A stretch of 64,000 bases of DNA from an uncultured Clostridium sp. (lineage in GTDB: Bacteria; Bacillota; Clostridia; TANB77; CAG-508): contig CAOJRU010000003.1 of NCBI GenBank assembly GCA_948442365.1, positions 30,052 to 94,051 on the forward strand, given 5' to 3'. Every line of letters begins with the position of its first letter. Within the stretch, counting starts at the first letter, position 1. The notes beneath the pieces are model-generated. The model was not told the origin of the DNA. It ran no database searches and saw only the letters and a program-made list of their open reading frames with translations. The position numbers and the translations under genes were made by a program. Of this stretch, positions 48,681 through 58,831 are shown in pieces.

Positions 48681-49313
48681 ATGGGAACTAGGAAAATAGA
48701 AAAGATATTTAGCATTAAACCAATTGAAAAAATATGGAACTATATCAAAGAACATACAAAGCAAGGAAAACAACCAAAAAATAAGAGTGGAAATAATAAA
48801 AATACAATTAGTTTTGAAGAGAGAAAAAGAAGAATACTAGAAAAAGAAAGTGCATTAAAACGTCAAAATAGAGAAATACAAAATACCAGATATTGTTTAA
48901 GTCCAGAGGAAATATATCGTATGGAACGTGCTAGGGTAAAACGTTCAGAAAGATTTAATCAGTTAAATCGAGAAAAAAATGAAGTGAAATTTGCTACCCA
49001 AATAACTTCAATTGAAGACAAAAGAAGAGAAATGAATCAAAGTAGACAACAACAAGTCAATAATACAATACCGTATAATAAGGATTTTTGTAGAATGCAA
49101 GAAGCTTATCATAAAACATCTAGTAGAAAACCAAGAAATGAATCCGTCATTAATTACGAAAATAGAAAATCAGAAATAACAAATACCAAAAAATCTACCA
49201 TTGTAGAATTTAAACGAAGATATGCAGTGGGGTCTAATGAATATTATCAATATCTTGTAAATAGAAAAAGTGATACAAAAGTTAGAAGTAACTCAAAAGG
49301 ATGGAATAGATGA
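48681..49313 (+). CDS. highly basic hypothetical protein
   Basis: RBS TAGGAG; Lys/Arg/Asn-rich; no recognisable motif. Confidence 0.45.
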   Translation: MGTRKIEKIFSIKPIEKIWNYIKEHTKQGKQPKNKSGNNKNTISFEERKRRILEKESALKRQNREIQNTRYCLSPEEIYRMERARVKRSERFNQLNREKNEVKFATQITSIEDKRREMNQSRQQQVNNTIPYNKDFCRMQEAYHKTSSRKPRNESVINYENRKSEITNTKKSTIVEFKRRYAVGSNEYYQYLVNRKSDTKVRSNSKGWNR

Positions 49314-49329
49314 TAAAAATCATCTATTC
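49304..49329. terminator. 10-bp perfect hairpin shared by convergent genes
   Basis: GAATAGATGA-taaaaa-TCATCTATTC overlaps both stop codons. Confidence 0.5.
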
Positions 49330-49953
49330 TGGCAAATTCTTTAAAATACCATTAGAGATGGCCTCTGCATAATCTTCTATATGGTCATCTAATAAGGCAT
49401 TATCTTTCTCGTTGGAGATAAAACCTAATTCAATTAAACAGCTAGGCATATTCGTATTATTTAGCACGTAATAATCGGTTGTTTCTCCATTAATGGTACC
49501 ATATTTAATGCCTCTATTATTTTGTATTTCAGTTTTTTCTAAATTTGTTAAGATGGAATCGGCAAGTTGTGTGTCGGTTTCTCTTTTTTTACTGTTACAC
49601 CATATTTCAATTCCATTTCCTGTTTCAGCACTATTTCTGTGAAGGGAAATAAATAGTGTAGCTTTCTTTTTATTAGCAATTTTACATCTTTCTTCTAAGC
49701 TAACAGAAGTATCTTTATTTCTAGTCATAACAACTTTTATACCTTGCTTTTGTAGATGCTTTTTTATAAGTTTAGAGACTTTTAGCGTATCATCTTTTTC
49801 ATATCTTTTTCCTAATAGGGCTCCCACGTCATCTCCACCATGTCCAGCATCAATACATACTACTGTTTTATGGTTGTGAGTACTCCAGATAAGTATGATT
49901 GTAAGTAATACAATTATTATAGATAAAATTATAATTTTTTTCTTTTTCTTCAT
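49324..49953 (-). CDS. N-acetylmuramoyl-L-alanine amidase (Amidase_3; CwlD-like size and layout)
   Basis: AGGAGG RBS; N-terminal TM helix; IDAGHGGDDVGA, EKDDTL, FISLHRNS and IELGFISN motifs. Confidence 0.8.
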   Translation of the reverse strand: MKKKKKIIILSIIIVLLTIILIWSTHNHKTVVCIDAGHGGDDVGALLGKRYEKDDTLKVSKLIKKHLQKQGIKVVMTRNKDTSVSLEERCKIANKKKATLFISLHRNSAETGNGIEIWCNSKKRETDTQLADSILTNLEKTEIQNNRGIKYGTINGETTDYYVLNNTNMPSCLIELGFISNEKDNALLDDHIEDYAEAISNGILKNLPE

Positions 49954-50151
49954 TTGAAAACCTCCTAAAACATGATCTATTATACAACAAAAATGTGAAA
50001 ACATGTTGTAGAAAAAGGAAAAAAATTCTTAAAATTTTATGAATGTTTTTTAAAATAGGAAGACAAGCCCCCAACTCTTTGGAGAAGGGGGCTAATAGAC
50101 GTGCCGATAAAATAGATTATCGGGGATTAGGAGATTTTTGGAAAAAAGTTT

Positions 50152-50472
50152 TTAGATTCGTGTTTTAAGTATACTCATTGCTAATGCTATATTGACTAAA
50201 TGTACAGTAGTTGAGAAATTAAAATCACTTTCAATTCTTATATTGTCAGGATTGTTCATGTCAGGGAAAATACAAACTTCCAATTTTTCTTTGAGAAAAG
50301 AATTTTGGTCATTTGATTCTATGACATTTTTAGGATTTTTTAATTCCTGTAACGCCTGGCAAATGAATTTTGAAATCTGCTCTGAGCTGAAACTCTCATC
50401 ATACTCTACTTGAACAGCAGAACAATTCCCATTACTAACATGGGGAATGATAGAAATTCTTTCTTTTTCCAT
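50152..50472 (-). CDS. small hypothetical protein
   Basis: GGAGGAG RBS; 106 aa; followed on the minus strand by the GC-rich hairpin AGCCCCC/GGGGGCT (50066-50093). Confidence 0.5.
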   Translation of the reverse strand: MEKERISIIPHVSNGNCSAVQVEYDESFSSEQISKFICQALQELKNPKNVIESNDQNSFLKEKLEVCIFPDMNNPDNIRIESDFNFSTTVHLVNIALAMSILKTRI

Positions 50473-50688
50473 AAAAGTGTTCTCCTCCTTTGCCGTTTAA
50501 TACTTCAATTATAGTATAAATCGACATAAAAATCAAATAGAAAACATGGCGAAGCGGTAATTCGTTATATATCAGATTGACAATAAAATCCGCAAAAATG
50601 TAGACAGAGAGAGAAAAAAACATTATAATAATAAAAGTTAGGTAATAAAGCAGTGTATAAAAAGATAAGTTGTAAGGAGGAAAACAAA

Positions 50689-51628
50689 GTGAATCATATC
50701 ATTGAAATTAAAAATTTAATCAAACAATACAAAGAAGTAAAAGCCATTGATAATCTATCAATGGAGGTAGAAGAAGGAGAAATCTTAGGTTTATTACGGA
50801 CCAAATGGAAGTGGAAAATCAACCACCATTAATTGTATTTTATCACTATTAAAATTCAATCAAGGAGAAATTAAAATATTTGGAAAAGAAATGAAGCCAG
50901 ATGCCTATGATATCAAGGCAAAACTAGGAGTCGTGTTTCAAGATGTAGCTGTATTGGAAGAACTAACAGTAGAAGAAAACATCGACTATTTTTGTGGATT
51001 ATATATTAAAGATAAAAAGAAAAGAAAGCAATATAGTGAGGAAGCAATTGAATTAGTTGCTTTACAAGAATTTAAGAAATTTTATCCAAAGCAATTATCA
51101 GGAGGACTTCTTAGAAGATTAAATATAGCCTGTGGAATTGCCCATAAACCGAAACTAATCTTTTTAGACGAACCAACTGTTGCTGTCGACCCACAAAGTA
51201 GAAATAACATATTAGATGGGATTAAAAAATTAAGAGATGGAGGGGCAACCATTGTTTATACAACACACTACATGGAAGAAGTAGAAATTATTTGTGATCG
51301 AGTTATCATTTTAGACAAAGGAAAGGTATTAGCAAGTGGAACCACAGATGAATTAAAAGAATTAGCTAAAATAGAAGAAAAAGTAACAGTAGAAGTCAAG
51401 AACTTAGAAGAAAAGTATATAAAAACCATTCAAACGATGGAATCTGTACATGAAGTAAGTTATGATGGAAACTTATTAATTGTTACTTATAAAAAAGGAA
51501 AAAGCAATCTAATTGATTTAATGGACTACTTAAAAAAAGAAAATATAAAATATAGTAAAATTTATCTAGATCGACCAACACTAAATGATGTATTCTTAGA
51601 ATTAACAGGAAAGGAGCTTCGAGATTAA
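50689..51628 (+). CDS. ABC transporter ATP-binding protein (ABC-2 system), frame broken by +1 at C50797 inside Walker A
   Basis: GTG 50689 after AAGGAGG gives ...MEVEEGEILGLL, then CGG; skipping C50797 gives GPNGSGKSTTINC..., continuous with ORF 50891..51628 (LSGGLLRRL signature, LDEPTVAVD Walker B). Confidence 0.85.
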
Positions 51629-52810
51629 ATGTTTATTCATAATTTTAAATATGCCTTAAAAACACTATTTCGAAACAAAATGTTAATCTTTTGGACGTAT
51701 GCTTTTCCTATTATACTAGGAACATTCTTTAATATGGCTTTTTCTAATATCGAAAATAGTGAAAAACTAGAAATCATTGATATAGCAATTGTTGAAAATG
51801 AACAATTTAAAAACAAAAAGATATTAAAAGAAGTTTTTGCTACTTTAAGTGATGAACAAAACGAAGATAGGTTATTTGATACGCAATATGTAACAGAAGA
51901 AAAAGCAAAAGAATTACTGCAAAACAAAGAAGTAATAGGCTATCTAATCATGGAAGAAGAAAAGCCAAAATTAATTTTTCAAGCAAATGGAATTGACCAA
52001 ACTGTTTTTAAATATGTAACAGAAGAAATAACACAAAATGAGGAAATGGTGAACAACCTTGCAGAAAATGAAATAAAAAGCGAAATAGGGCAAGGAAATT
52101 ATAACTTAGATTATGAAAAAATCTATCAAAATGCATTAGAAAAAATAGAAAACGAAGAATCAAAAGTTAAAAATATAGCCAACCATAATTTAAGTTATAC
52201 CATGATAGAATTTTATACTTTAATAGCGATGGCGTGCCTATATGGAGGAATGTTAGGGATGGTTGCTATTAATCAAAATTTAGCTAACATGAGTAGTAAT
52301 GGAAAAAGAGTATCCATTGCACCAATCAGCAAAGGAAAAGTAGTTCTTAGTACTTGTCTTGCAGGTTATGTAGCACAAATAATAGGCTTAGTATTATTAT
52401 TTGCTTACACCATATTTGTTTTAAAAGTAGATTATGGAGACAATATACCATTTATCATTTTATTAGGAGCCGTTGGAAGTTTAGCGGGATTATCTATGGG
52501 ACTAGCAATTGGTACCCTAATAAAATCAAATGAAAATAAAAAAACAGGAGTTCTGATAGCAGTTACTATGTTAGGGTGCTTTTTATCTGGTATGATGGGA
52601 ATTACCATGAAATATATGGTAGATAAAAATTTTCCAATCATCAATAAAATAAATCCTGCCAGTATGATAACAGACGGATTTTATTCTCTATATTATTACG
52701 ATACACTAGATAGGTATTATTTTAATATAGCAAGTTTATTGATTTTTGTTGTGTTAGCCATATTCATTTCTTACATCAGTTTAAGGAGGCAAAAATATGA
52801 CAGTATTTAA
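51629..52810 (+). CDS. ABC-2 type transporter permease
   Basis: N-terminal TM helix, large loop, 5 C-terminal TM helices; start abuts the ATPase stop. Confidence 0.7.
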   Translation: MFIHNFKYALKTLFRNKMLIFWTYAFPIILGTFFNMAFSNIENSEKLEIIDIAIVENEQFKNKKILKEVFATLSDEQNEDRLFDTQYVTEEKAKELLQNKEVIGYLIMEEEKPKLIFQANGIDQTVFKYVTEEITQNEEMVNNLAENEIKSEIGQGNYNLDYEKIYQNALEKIENEESKVKNIANHNLSYTMIEFYTLIAMACLYGGMLGMVAINQNLANMSSNGKRVSIAPISKGKVVLSTCLAGYVAQIIGLVLLFAYTIFVLKVDYGDNIPFIILLGAVGSLAGLSMGLAIGTLIKSNENKKTGVLIAVTMLGCFLSGMMGITMKYMVDKNFPIINKINPASMITDGFYSLYYYDTLDRYYFNIASLLIFVVLAIFISYISLRRQKYDSI

Positions 52811-53942
52811 AGCTTTTTTGAAAGTATTAAATAAAAGTAAAACAATTATTATATTGTATACAGTAATTTTAATTTTATTTGCTGGCTTTAATATGCAGAC
52901 TAGCGAAAATAGCATAAACTTTGAGGCGAGTAAGCCAGATATTCTAATTATAAATCAGGATAAAGAAGAAGGATTAACTAAAAATCTAATAGACTATATA
53001 AAAGAAAATAGTCAAATAATAGAGATAAAAGATGATGAACAAGCAATCGATGATGCTTTATTTTATCGAGATGTAAATTATATTATTTATATACCTGAAA
53101 ATTATCGAGAAGATTTTTTGGCGGGAAAAAATCCTGAGATTCCAATAAAAAGCACAGGAGATTATCAAGCATCTTTAGCAGAAATAATGTTAGAAAGATA
53201 CATAAAAGTAGCGAATTTATATCAAAAGAGTATAACCGATGAAAAGGAACTAATGGAAAAAATAAATCAAACATTAGCTAAACAGACAGAAGTAGAAATT
53301 ATTTCTCAATTAGATTCGGATCATTTAAGTAAAGCCACTTTATATTATAATTTTGCTAACTATAGTATATTGGCAGGTTGTGTTTATGTGATTTGTTTGA
53401 TTTTAGCTAGCTTCAAAGAGAAGAAAATAGCCAAAAGAACAATTATTAGTAGTATGAATTACAAAGAGCATAATAGAAAATTACTTTTATCCAATAGTTT
53501 TTTTGCTATGGCATTATGGTTGTTTTATGTATTGGTAAGCTTCGTACTAATTGGAGAAATCATGTTTACTATACATGGATTAATCTATATTGTAAATTCG
53601 TTTGTATTTACCATATGTGCTATAACCATAGCCTTCTTACTTGGAAATATAGTAGATAATAAGAATGCCATTAATGGTATTGTAAATGTAATAGCGCTTG
53701 GTTCTTCTTTTTTATGTGGTGCTTTTGTACCAATGGAATGGTTACCAGATTTTGTATTAAAAATTGCTCATATCTTACCTTCTTATTATTATATAAAAAG
53801 TAATGAATTGTTAAAGGAATTGGAAATTGTGAATTTTGAGACATTGCAACCAATCCTTACAAATATGGCAGTTATCTTAGTGTTTGCCATTGCATTTGTA
53901 GTGCTTACCAATGTAGTTACTAAAAACAAGAATAGGGATTAA
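52797..53942 (+). CDS. ABC-2 type transporter permease (second subunit)
   Basis: Same topology as 51629..52810; overlaps its 3' end. Confidence 0.7.
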   Translation: MTVFKAFLKVLNKSKTIIILYTVILILFAGFNMQTSENSINFEASKPDILIINQDKEEGLTKNLIDYIKENSQIIEIKDDEQAIDDALFYRDVNYIIYIPENYREDFLAGKNPEIPIKSTGDYQASLAEIMLERYIKVANLYQKSITDEKELMEKINQTLAKQTEVEIISQLDSDHLSKATLYYNFANYSILAGCVYVICLILASFKEKKIAKRTIISSMNYKEHNRKLLLSNSFFAMALWLFYVLVSFVLIGEIMFTIHGLIYIVNSFVFTICAITIAFLLGNIVDNKNAINGIVNVIALGSSFLCGAFVPMEWLPDFVLKIAHILPSYYYIKSNELLKELEIVNFETLQPILTNMAVILVFAIAFVVLTNVVTKNKNRD

Positions 53943-54045
53943 GAAAGTTTTGCTCTGAATAAAATTTATGAAAATTCCATTATCATATTTTCTTTTAAAA
54001 TTTAGAACTATATGATATAGTTAAGGAGGAAATTTGGAGGAAACA

Positions 54046-54942
54046 ATGGAACGAATAAAACCTTTTGTGAAATGAGCGGGTGGAAAAAATAGTTTAATTC
54101 CGCAAATAACTAAATATTATCCTCTTGCCCTAAAGAATGGTAGCATCGAAAAATACATAGAACCATTCGTTGGTGCTGGAGCAGTTTTAATAGATATTTT
54201 ACAAAATTATAAAGTAAAAGAAGCTTATGCTTTTGATATAAACAAAGATTTAATTAATTGCTACCAAGTAATAAAATATAAGGTGGAAGATTTAATACAA
54301 GAACTAGGTAAGAAAGAAAAGGATTTTTTAGTATTAGATACAGAAGAAAGACAAGAATATTTTTATAATATTAGAGCAGAATATAATTCTTATCTGATAG
54401 AAAATGAAATAAATATAAAACGTGCTTCTGAATTTATATTTTTAAATAGAACATGCTTTAATGGATTATATAGAGTTAATAAAGAAGGGAAATTTAATGT
54501 ACCTTGTGGTAAATATAAAAATCCTACCATATGTGATTCTAATAATTTAAGAAAGGTAGCAAAACTAATAAAAAATGTTACTTTTGAATATGGAGATTAT
54601 AAAAAAAGTGAGCGTTTTGTAAATGAAAATACTTTTGTTTACATGGATCCACCTTATAGACCACTTTCTGCTACTTCTGACTTTACATCTTATACAAAAG
54701 AAAGTTTTGATGACGAAAAACAAAAAGAATTAGCTCAATATTATCGTAAATTGAGTTTAAAAAAGGCAAAATTAGCACTAAGTAATTCAAACCCAAAGAA
54801 TGTTAATATGGAAGATGATTTTTTTGAAGATATTTATAAGGGATTTATTATACATGAGATTTTTGCTAAAAGAAGGATTAATTCAAATGCAAAAGGTCGT
54901 GGAGAAATTTCTGAATTATTAATCACTAATTATGAGGAGTAA
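54046..54942 (+). pseudogene. Dam-family N6-adenine DNA methyltransferase with in-frame TGA at codon 10
   Basis: MERIKPFVK-TGA-AGGKNSLIPQI (expected KWAGGK), FVGAGAV, catalytic YMDPPYRPL; single uninterrupted frame apart from TGA 54073-54075. Confidence 0.85.
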
Positions 54943-55018
54943 TCAAAAAACTATTTTAGATATGAAAAATGGAATTATGAAGAAAATTTTTAAATAAATT
55001 AAAAAGGAGGAATAGAAA

Positions 55019-55342
55019 ATGGCAACCACCAATGAATACATAGAATATGTATGTGAACAAATAAAAGGAGTAGGAGAAATCCGATACAAGAAAATGTTTG
55101 GAGAATATATGGTATATGTAAATGATAAGCCAGTCATTATCGTTTGTGACAATATACCATTTGTAAAAAAATTAGAATGTATAGAAGAAAAAATGCAAAA
55201 TGCAGAAACAGGATATCCTTATAAAGGAGCCAAAGAGCATTATATATTAGATATTGATGATATTACATTTTGTAAAGCAATGATAACAGAAGTGGAAAAA
55301 GTAACACCTATTCCAAAGCCAAGAAAAAAGAAAGAAAAATAA
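55019..55342 (+). CDS. TfoX N-terminal-domain-like protein
   Basis: RYKKMFGEYMVYVNDKPV motif; AAGGAGG RBS. Confidence 0.6.
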   Translation: MATTNEYIEYVCEQIKGVGEIRYKKMFGEYMVYVNDKPVIIVCDNIPFVKKLECIEEKMQNAETGYPYKGAKEHYILDIDDITFCKAMITEVEKVTPIPKPRKKKEK

Positions 55343-55442
55343 AATATTAAGGTATTTTTAAAATTTGTCAGTATGGATTAGAAGATAAAAAATGGTGGCA
55401 TAAATTATTACAAGGTGATTAAAGAAAAGGAGAAAAGCTTAA

Positions 55443-56021
55443 ATGAAAGATTTAAAAGAGATAACAAAATTATTAGTAAATGTAGACATGGTAAATGGTT
55501 TTGTAAAAAAAGGAGCCATGTCAGATCCTTATATACAACATATCATTCCAGAACATATACGATTAATGGAAAAGATAAAAGCAGAACAAGAGGGAATAGC
55601 AATTGTCAAAGATACTCATAAAGAACTATCTAGAGAATTTAATCGATTTCCAGCACATTGTATAGAAGGAACAGAAGAAGCGGAATTGATAGAAGAATTA
55701 AAGGTATTTGAAAAAGATGCATTGATTTATCAAAAAAATTCAACCAGTACCATATATGCTCCTAAATTTATAAAAGATATAGAGGAGATGGAAAATCTAA
55801 AAGAAGTTATTATTATTGGATGTTGTACCGATATTTGTATTTTAAATTTAGCTATTCCACTACAAAATTACTTTGACGAAAAAGATAGAGAAGTAAAGAT
55901 TACGATACCGAAAAATGCAGTAGAAACTTATGATGGATTGAATCATAATAGGGAAGAATATAATGCGATTGCTTTTAAACTAATGCAACAAGCAGGAATT
56001 AATTTAATAGAAACTATGTAA
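55443..56021 (+). CDS. isochorismatase-family cysteine hydrolase (nicotinamidase-like)
   Basis: LLVNVDMVNGF, IIIGCCTDICI catalytic Cys motif. Confidence 0.75.
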   Translation: MKDLKEITKLLVNVDMVNGFVKKGAMSDPYIQHIIPEHIRLMEKIKAEQEGIAIVKDTHKELSREFNRFPAHCIEGTEEAELIEELKVFEKDALIYQKNSTSTIYAPKFIKDIEEMENLKEVIIIGCCTDICILNLAIPLQNYFDEKDREVKITIPKNAVETYDGLNHNREEYNAIAFKLMQQAGINLIETM

Positions 56022-56053
56022 AAAAGCTAAGAACTTTCACGTTCTTAGCTTTT
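56022..56053. terminator. bidirectional hairpin between convergent genes
   Basis: AAAAGCTAAGAAC-tttcac-GTTCTTAGCTTTT. Confidence 0.65.
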
Positions 56054-56491
56054 ATGTGATTTATTATATAAATCTTGAATAGGTGGAGGCATATCTTCAT
56101 ATTTCATGTTTTTTACAAATTGATCGGTTTTATCTTTAACAGCAGTTTCATAATACCATTGTTTGAATTTAATCAGATGAAGAGTTGCTTCAAGAGCTTC
56201 TATTTGTGCTAAAACATTTTCTTCTTGTTTTTTAAACATATTGAGTCTGTCTTGTAAAGTAGAGTCACCTTCTAAACACCAATCCATAAATTGTTTGATT
56301 TCTTTTAATTGCATACCAGAATTTTTTAAACATTCAATCATACGCAGTGCTTCTAGTGAGTTTTCATCAAATTTTCATATGCCAGAAGAGTTTCTTTTTA
56401 AAAAAGGTATTAATCCATGTTCGTCGTAATATCTTAGTTTAGATATACTTAAATTGGTTAATTTGGATGCTTCTCCAATACTTATTTCCAT
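56045..56491 (-). pseudogene. MerR-family transcriptional regulator with in-frame TGA at codon 39
   Basis: AAGGAGG RBS; MEISIGEASKLTNLSISKLRYYDEHGLIPFLKRNSSGI-TGA-KFDENSLEALRMIECLKNSGMQLKEIK; the stop sits where the conserved Arg of the G-x-R-x-Y/F motif is expected. Confidence 0.8.
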
Positions 56492-56596
56492 AATAATACC
56501 TCCTTTATTAGTACTATTTAGCTTATTTACTTTTTTGTAAAAGTTTATTTATAATTGTTTTTTTGAAAGAAAATAAAAATTTTTTTCAAAATCCTC

Positions 56597-56627
56597 TTGA
56601 CCTCTACTAAGGTTGAGGTGATATATA
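56597..56627 (+). promoter_or_regulatory. MerR-type promoter (19-nt spacer with dyad) for the AKR gene
   Basis: TTGACC, 19-nt spacer containing ACCTC-N10-GAGGT, then TATATA. Confidence 0.55.
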
Positions 56628-56671
56628 AATACTATAATACGAAAAAAATAATTTGTCAAGGAGGAAAGTAA

Positions 56672-57805
56672 ATGATATATAAAGAATTTCAAGATTTAAA
56701 GTTATCCAATTTAGGATTAGGAACCATGAGATTACCAAACAAAGGAAATAATGGTGATACACCAATTGATGAAGAAGAAACGGCCAAGATGGTAGAATAT
56801 GCTATTAAGAAAGGAATCAATTACTTTGATACAGCTTGGGGATATCACAATGGAGAGTCCGAATTAGTAATAGGAAAAGTGCTAAAAAAATATTCAAGAG
56901 AAAGCTTTTATTTAGCTACTAAATTTCCTGGTTATGATGTATCTAATATGGATAAGGTGGAAGAAATATTTGAAAAGCAGTTGGAAAAATGCCAAGTTGA
57001 TTATTTTGATTTCTACTTATTTCATAATGTTTATGAAAGAAATGTAAATCCTTATTTAGATGAAAAATATGGAATTTTAGATTATTTGTTAAAACAAAAA
57101 GAAATTGGAAGAATTAAACATTTAGGTTTTTCCGTTCATGGTAGTTTGGAGGTTATGAAAAAGTTTTTAGAAGCGTATGGAAAATATATGGAATTTGGTC
57201 AAATTCAACTTAACTATTTAGACTATGAATTTCAAGATGCCAAAGCTAAAATTGAATTATTAAATGAATATAATATTCCTATTTGGGTAATGGAACCATT
57301 AAGAGGTGGAAAACTTGCTAAACTTTCAGAAGAACAAGAAGGAACTTTGAAAGCATTAAGACCAGAGGAAAAAATTCCAGCGTGGGCATTTCGATTTTTA
57401 CAATCAATACCAGGTGTTATAATGGTACTTTCAGGTATGTCAAATAAAGAGCAATTAGAAGAAAATATAAAAACTTATGAAGAAGAGAAACCATTGAACG
57501 AAGAGGAAATGAAAATATTATTAGAAATGGCACATAACATGGTAAAAGGAAATACACTTCCATGTACTTCTTGTCGCTATTGTACAGCACATTGTCCAAA
57601 AGGAATTGATATTCCGAAAATATTAGCTCTTTATAATGAGCATGTATTTACAGGAGGCGGATTTATTGCACCAATGGCAATTAGTGCTTTGCCTGATGAT
57701 AAAAAACCAAGTGCTTGTATTGGTTGTAAAAGTTGCGAAGCTGTTTGTCCACAGCAATTAAAAATAGCAGAAGCAATGTCCAATTTTGTAGATTTATTAA
57801 AATAA
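56672..57805 (+). CDS. aldo/keto reductase with C-terminal 4Fe-4S ferredoxin-type domain
   Basis: LGLGTMRLP, FDTAWGYHNGESE, C-terminal CTSCRYCTAHCP and CIGCKSCEAVCP clusters. Confidence 0.8.
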   Translation: MIYKEFQDLKLSNLGLGTMRLPNKGNNGDTPIDEEETAKMVEYAIKKGINYFDTAWGYHNGESELVIGKVLKKYSRESFYLATKFPGYDVSNMDKVEEIFEKQLEKCQVDYFDFYLFHNVYERNVNPYLDEKYGILDYLLKQKEIGRIKHLGFSVHGSLEVMKKFLEAYGKYMEFGQIQLNYLDYEFQDAKAKIELLNEYNIPIWVMEPLRGGKLAKLSEEQEGTLKALRPEEKIPAWAFRFLQSIPGVIMVLSGMSNKEQLEENIKTYEEEKPLNEEEMKILLEMAHNMVKGNTLPCTSCRYCTAHCPKGIDIPKILALYNEHVFTGGGFIAPMAISALPDDKKPSACIGCKSCEAVCPQQLKIAEAMSNFVDLLK

Positions 57806-57833
57806 TAATTAAAATTTAGGAGGAATAAATAAA

Positions 57834-58403
57834 ATGATAGAAAAAGTAGAAAGTATCAAAAATAAAAAAAGTTTATTAGAAATCATGACAACTAGGAAAG
57901 CAAAATATGTGATAGGAACCTTTTTATTAAGTGGAATAGGAATTGCCTTACCTAGAATATTCCATGTATTAGCAGGAACGACAACAGGAGCCACCTTTTT
58001 ACCAATGCATTTAGCGGTATTAATTGCTGCTTTAACATTTGGTAGCTTAAGTAGTAGCATAGTAGCAGGAAGCTCAATTATAGTTAGTTACTTATTAACA
58101 GGTATGCCAACTTTGGCAAGATTGCCATATATGTTAATTGAACTTTTATTGTATGCCATATTACTAAGTGTATTTCATAAAAAATTTAATTCTTATGTGT
58201 CATTAATAGCAACTATTATTTTAGGAAGAATTTTATATGCTGGTATATTATTTGTAGCTATTTATAGCTTTGGATTACAGACTTATGGTATTTCTGTGAT
58301 AGAGAGTATAAAAGTTGGTATGCCAGGAATTATCATTCAATTCATATGTGTACCATTTATCGCTAAAATAATGAAAGAAAGGTTAAAGTTAAAAAATGAC
58401 TGA
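57834..58403 (+). CDS. ECF-transporter S-component-like membrane protein
   Basis: 5-6 TM helices; TFLPMHLAVLIAA motif. Confidence 0.5.
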   Translation: MIEKVESIKNKKSLLEIMTTRKAKYVIGTFLLSGIGIALPRIFHVLAGTTTGATFLPMHLAVLIAALTFGSLSSSIVAGSSIIVSYLLTGMPTLARLPYMLIELLLYAILLSVFHKKFNSYVSLIATIILGRILYAGILFVAIYSFGLQTYGISVIESIKVGMPGIIIQFICVPFIAKIMKERLKLKND

Positions 58404-58800
58404 TTTAGAAATGGTAAAGGAAAAATTATATGCAACGAATGCTAGTTTAGTTGTTTTGTATGCGAATGGAGAATGTAAGGCATATTATCAAAATCGAATC
58501 CAAGATATTAAAGAAATATTACAAGGAAACCAATTGGCATTAAAAGATGCTGTTATTGCCGATAAAGTCATTGGAAAGGTTGCTGGCTCTATTTTAACGG
58601 TGGCAGGAGTAAAGGAAATTTATGCAGATGTGATAAGTCGCTATGCGATTCCTGTACTAGAACAAAATCATGTAAAATACGAATATAAAAATTTGGCAGA
58701 GTATGTTCAAAATAACGATAAAACAGGAATGTGTCCAATGGAAAATAAGTATAAAGAAGAAAAAGATGTAAATAAGATTTACACAGAAATGATTAATTAG
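58396..58800 (+). CDS. DUF1893 (TM1506-like) domain protein
   Basis: ADKVIGKVAGSIL and YADVISRYAIPVLE with a C-terminal MCPME motif. Confidence 0.5.
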   Translation: MTDLEMVKEKLYATNASLVVLYANGECKAYYQNRIQDIKEILQGNQLALKDAVIADKVIGKVAGSILTVAGVKEIYADVISRYAIPVLEQNHVKYEYKNLAEYVQNNDKTGMCPMENKYKEEKDVNKIYTEMIN

Positions 58801-58831
58801 GTAAATTATAATTTATAAGGAGAGTGTGTTT

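Noticed and set aside
54073-54075. TGA read as Trp through genetic code 4, or as selenocysteine
   Set aside because: - TGA clearly terminates several well-supported genes here (dtd 28540-28542, BY-kinase 13504-13506, NUDIX 43120-43122, and the ORF ending at 49313).
- The second in-frame TGA (MerR) replaces Arg, not Trp.
- Neither position is a Cys or Sec site, and no SECIS-like hairpin follows.
48512-56500. Defence island or prophage in the accessory-looking region (a restriction partner for the Dam-like gene, toxin-antitoxin pairs, integrase)
   Set aside because: No endonuclease, integrase, recombinase, phage structural or toxin-like motifs were recognisable. The content is an amidase, an ABC-2 exporter and small metabolic or regulatory genes.
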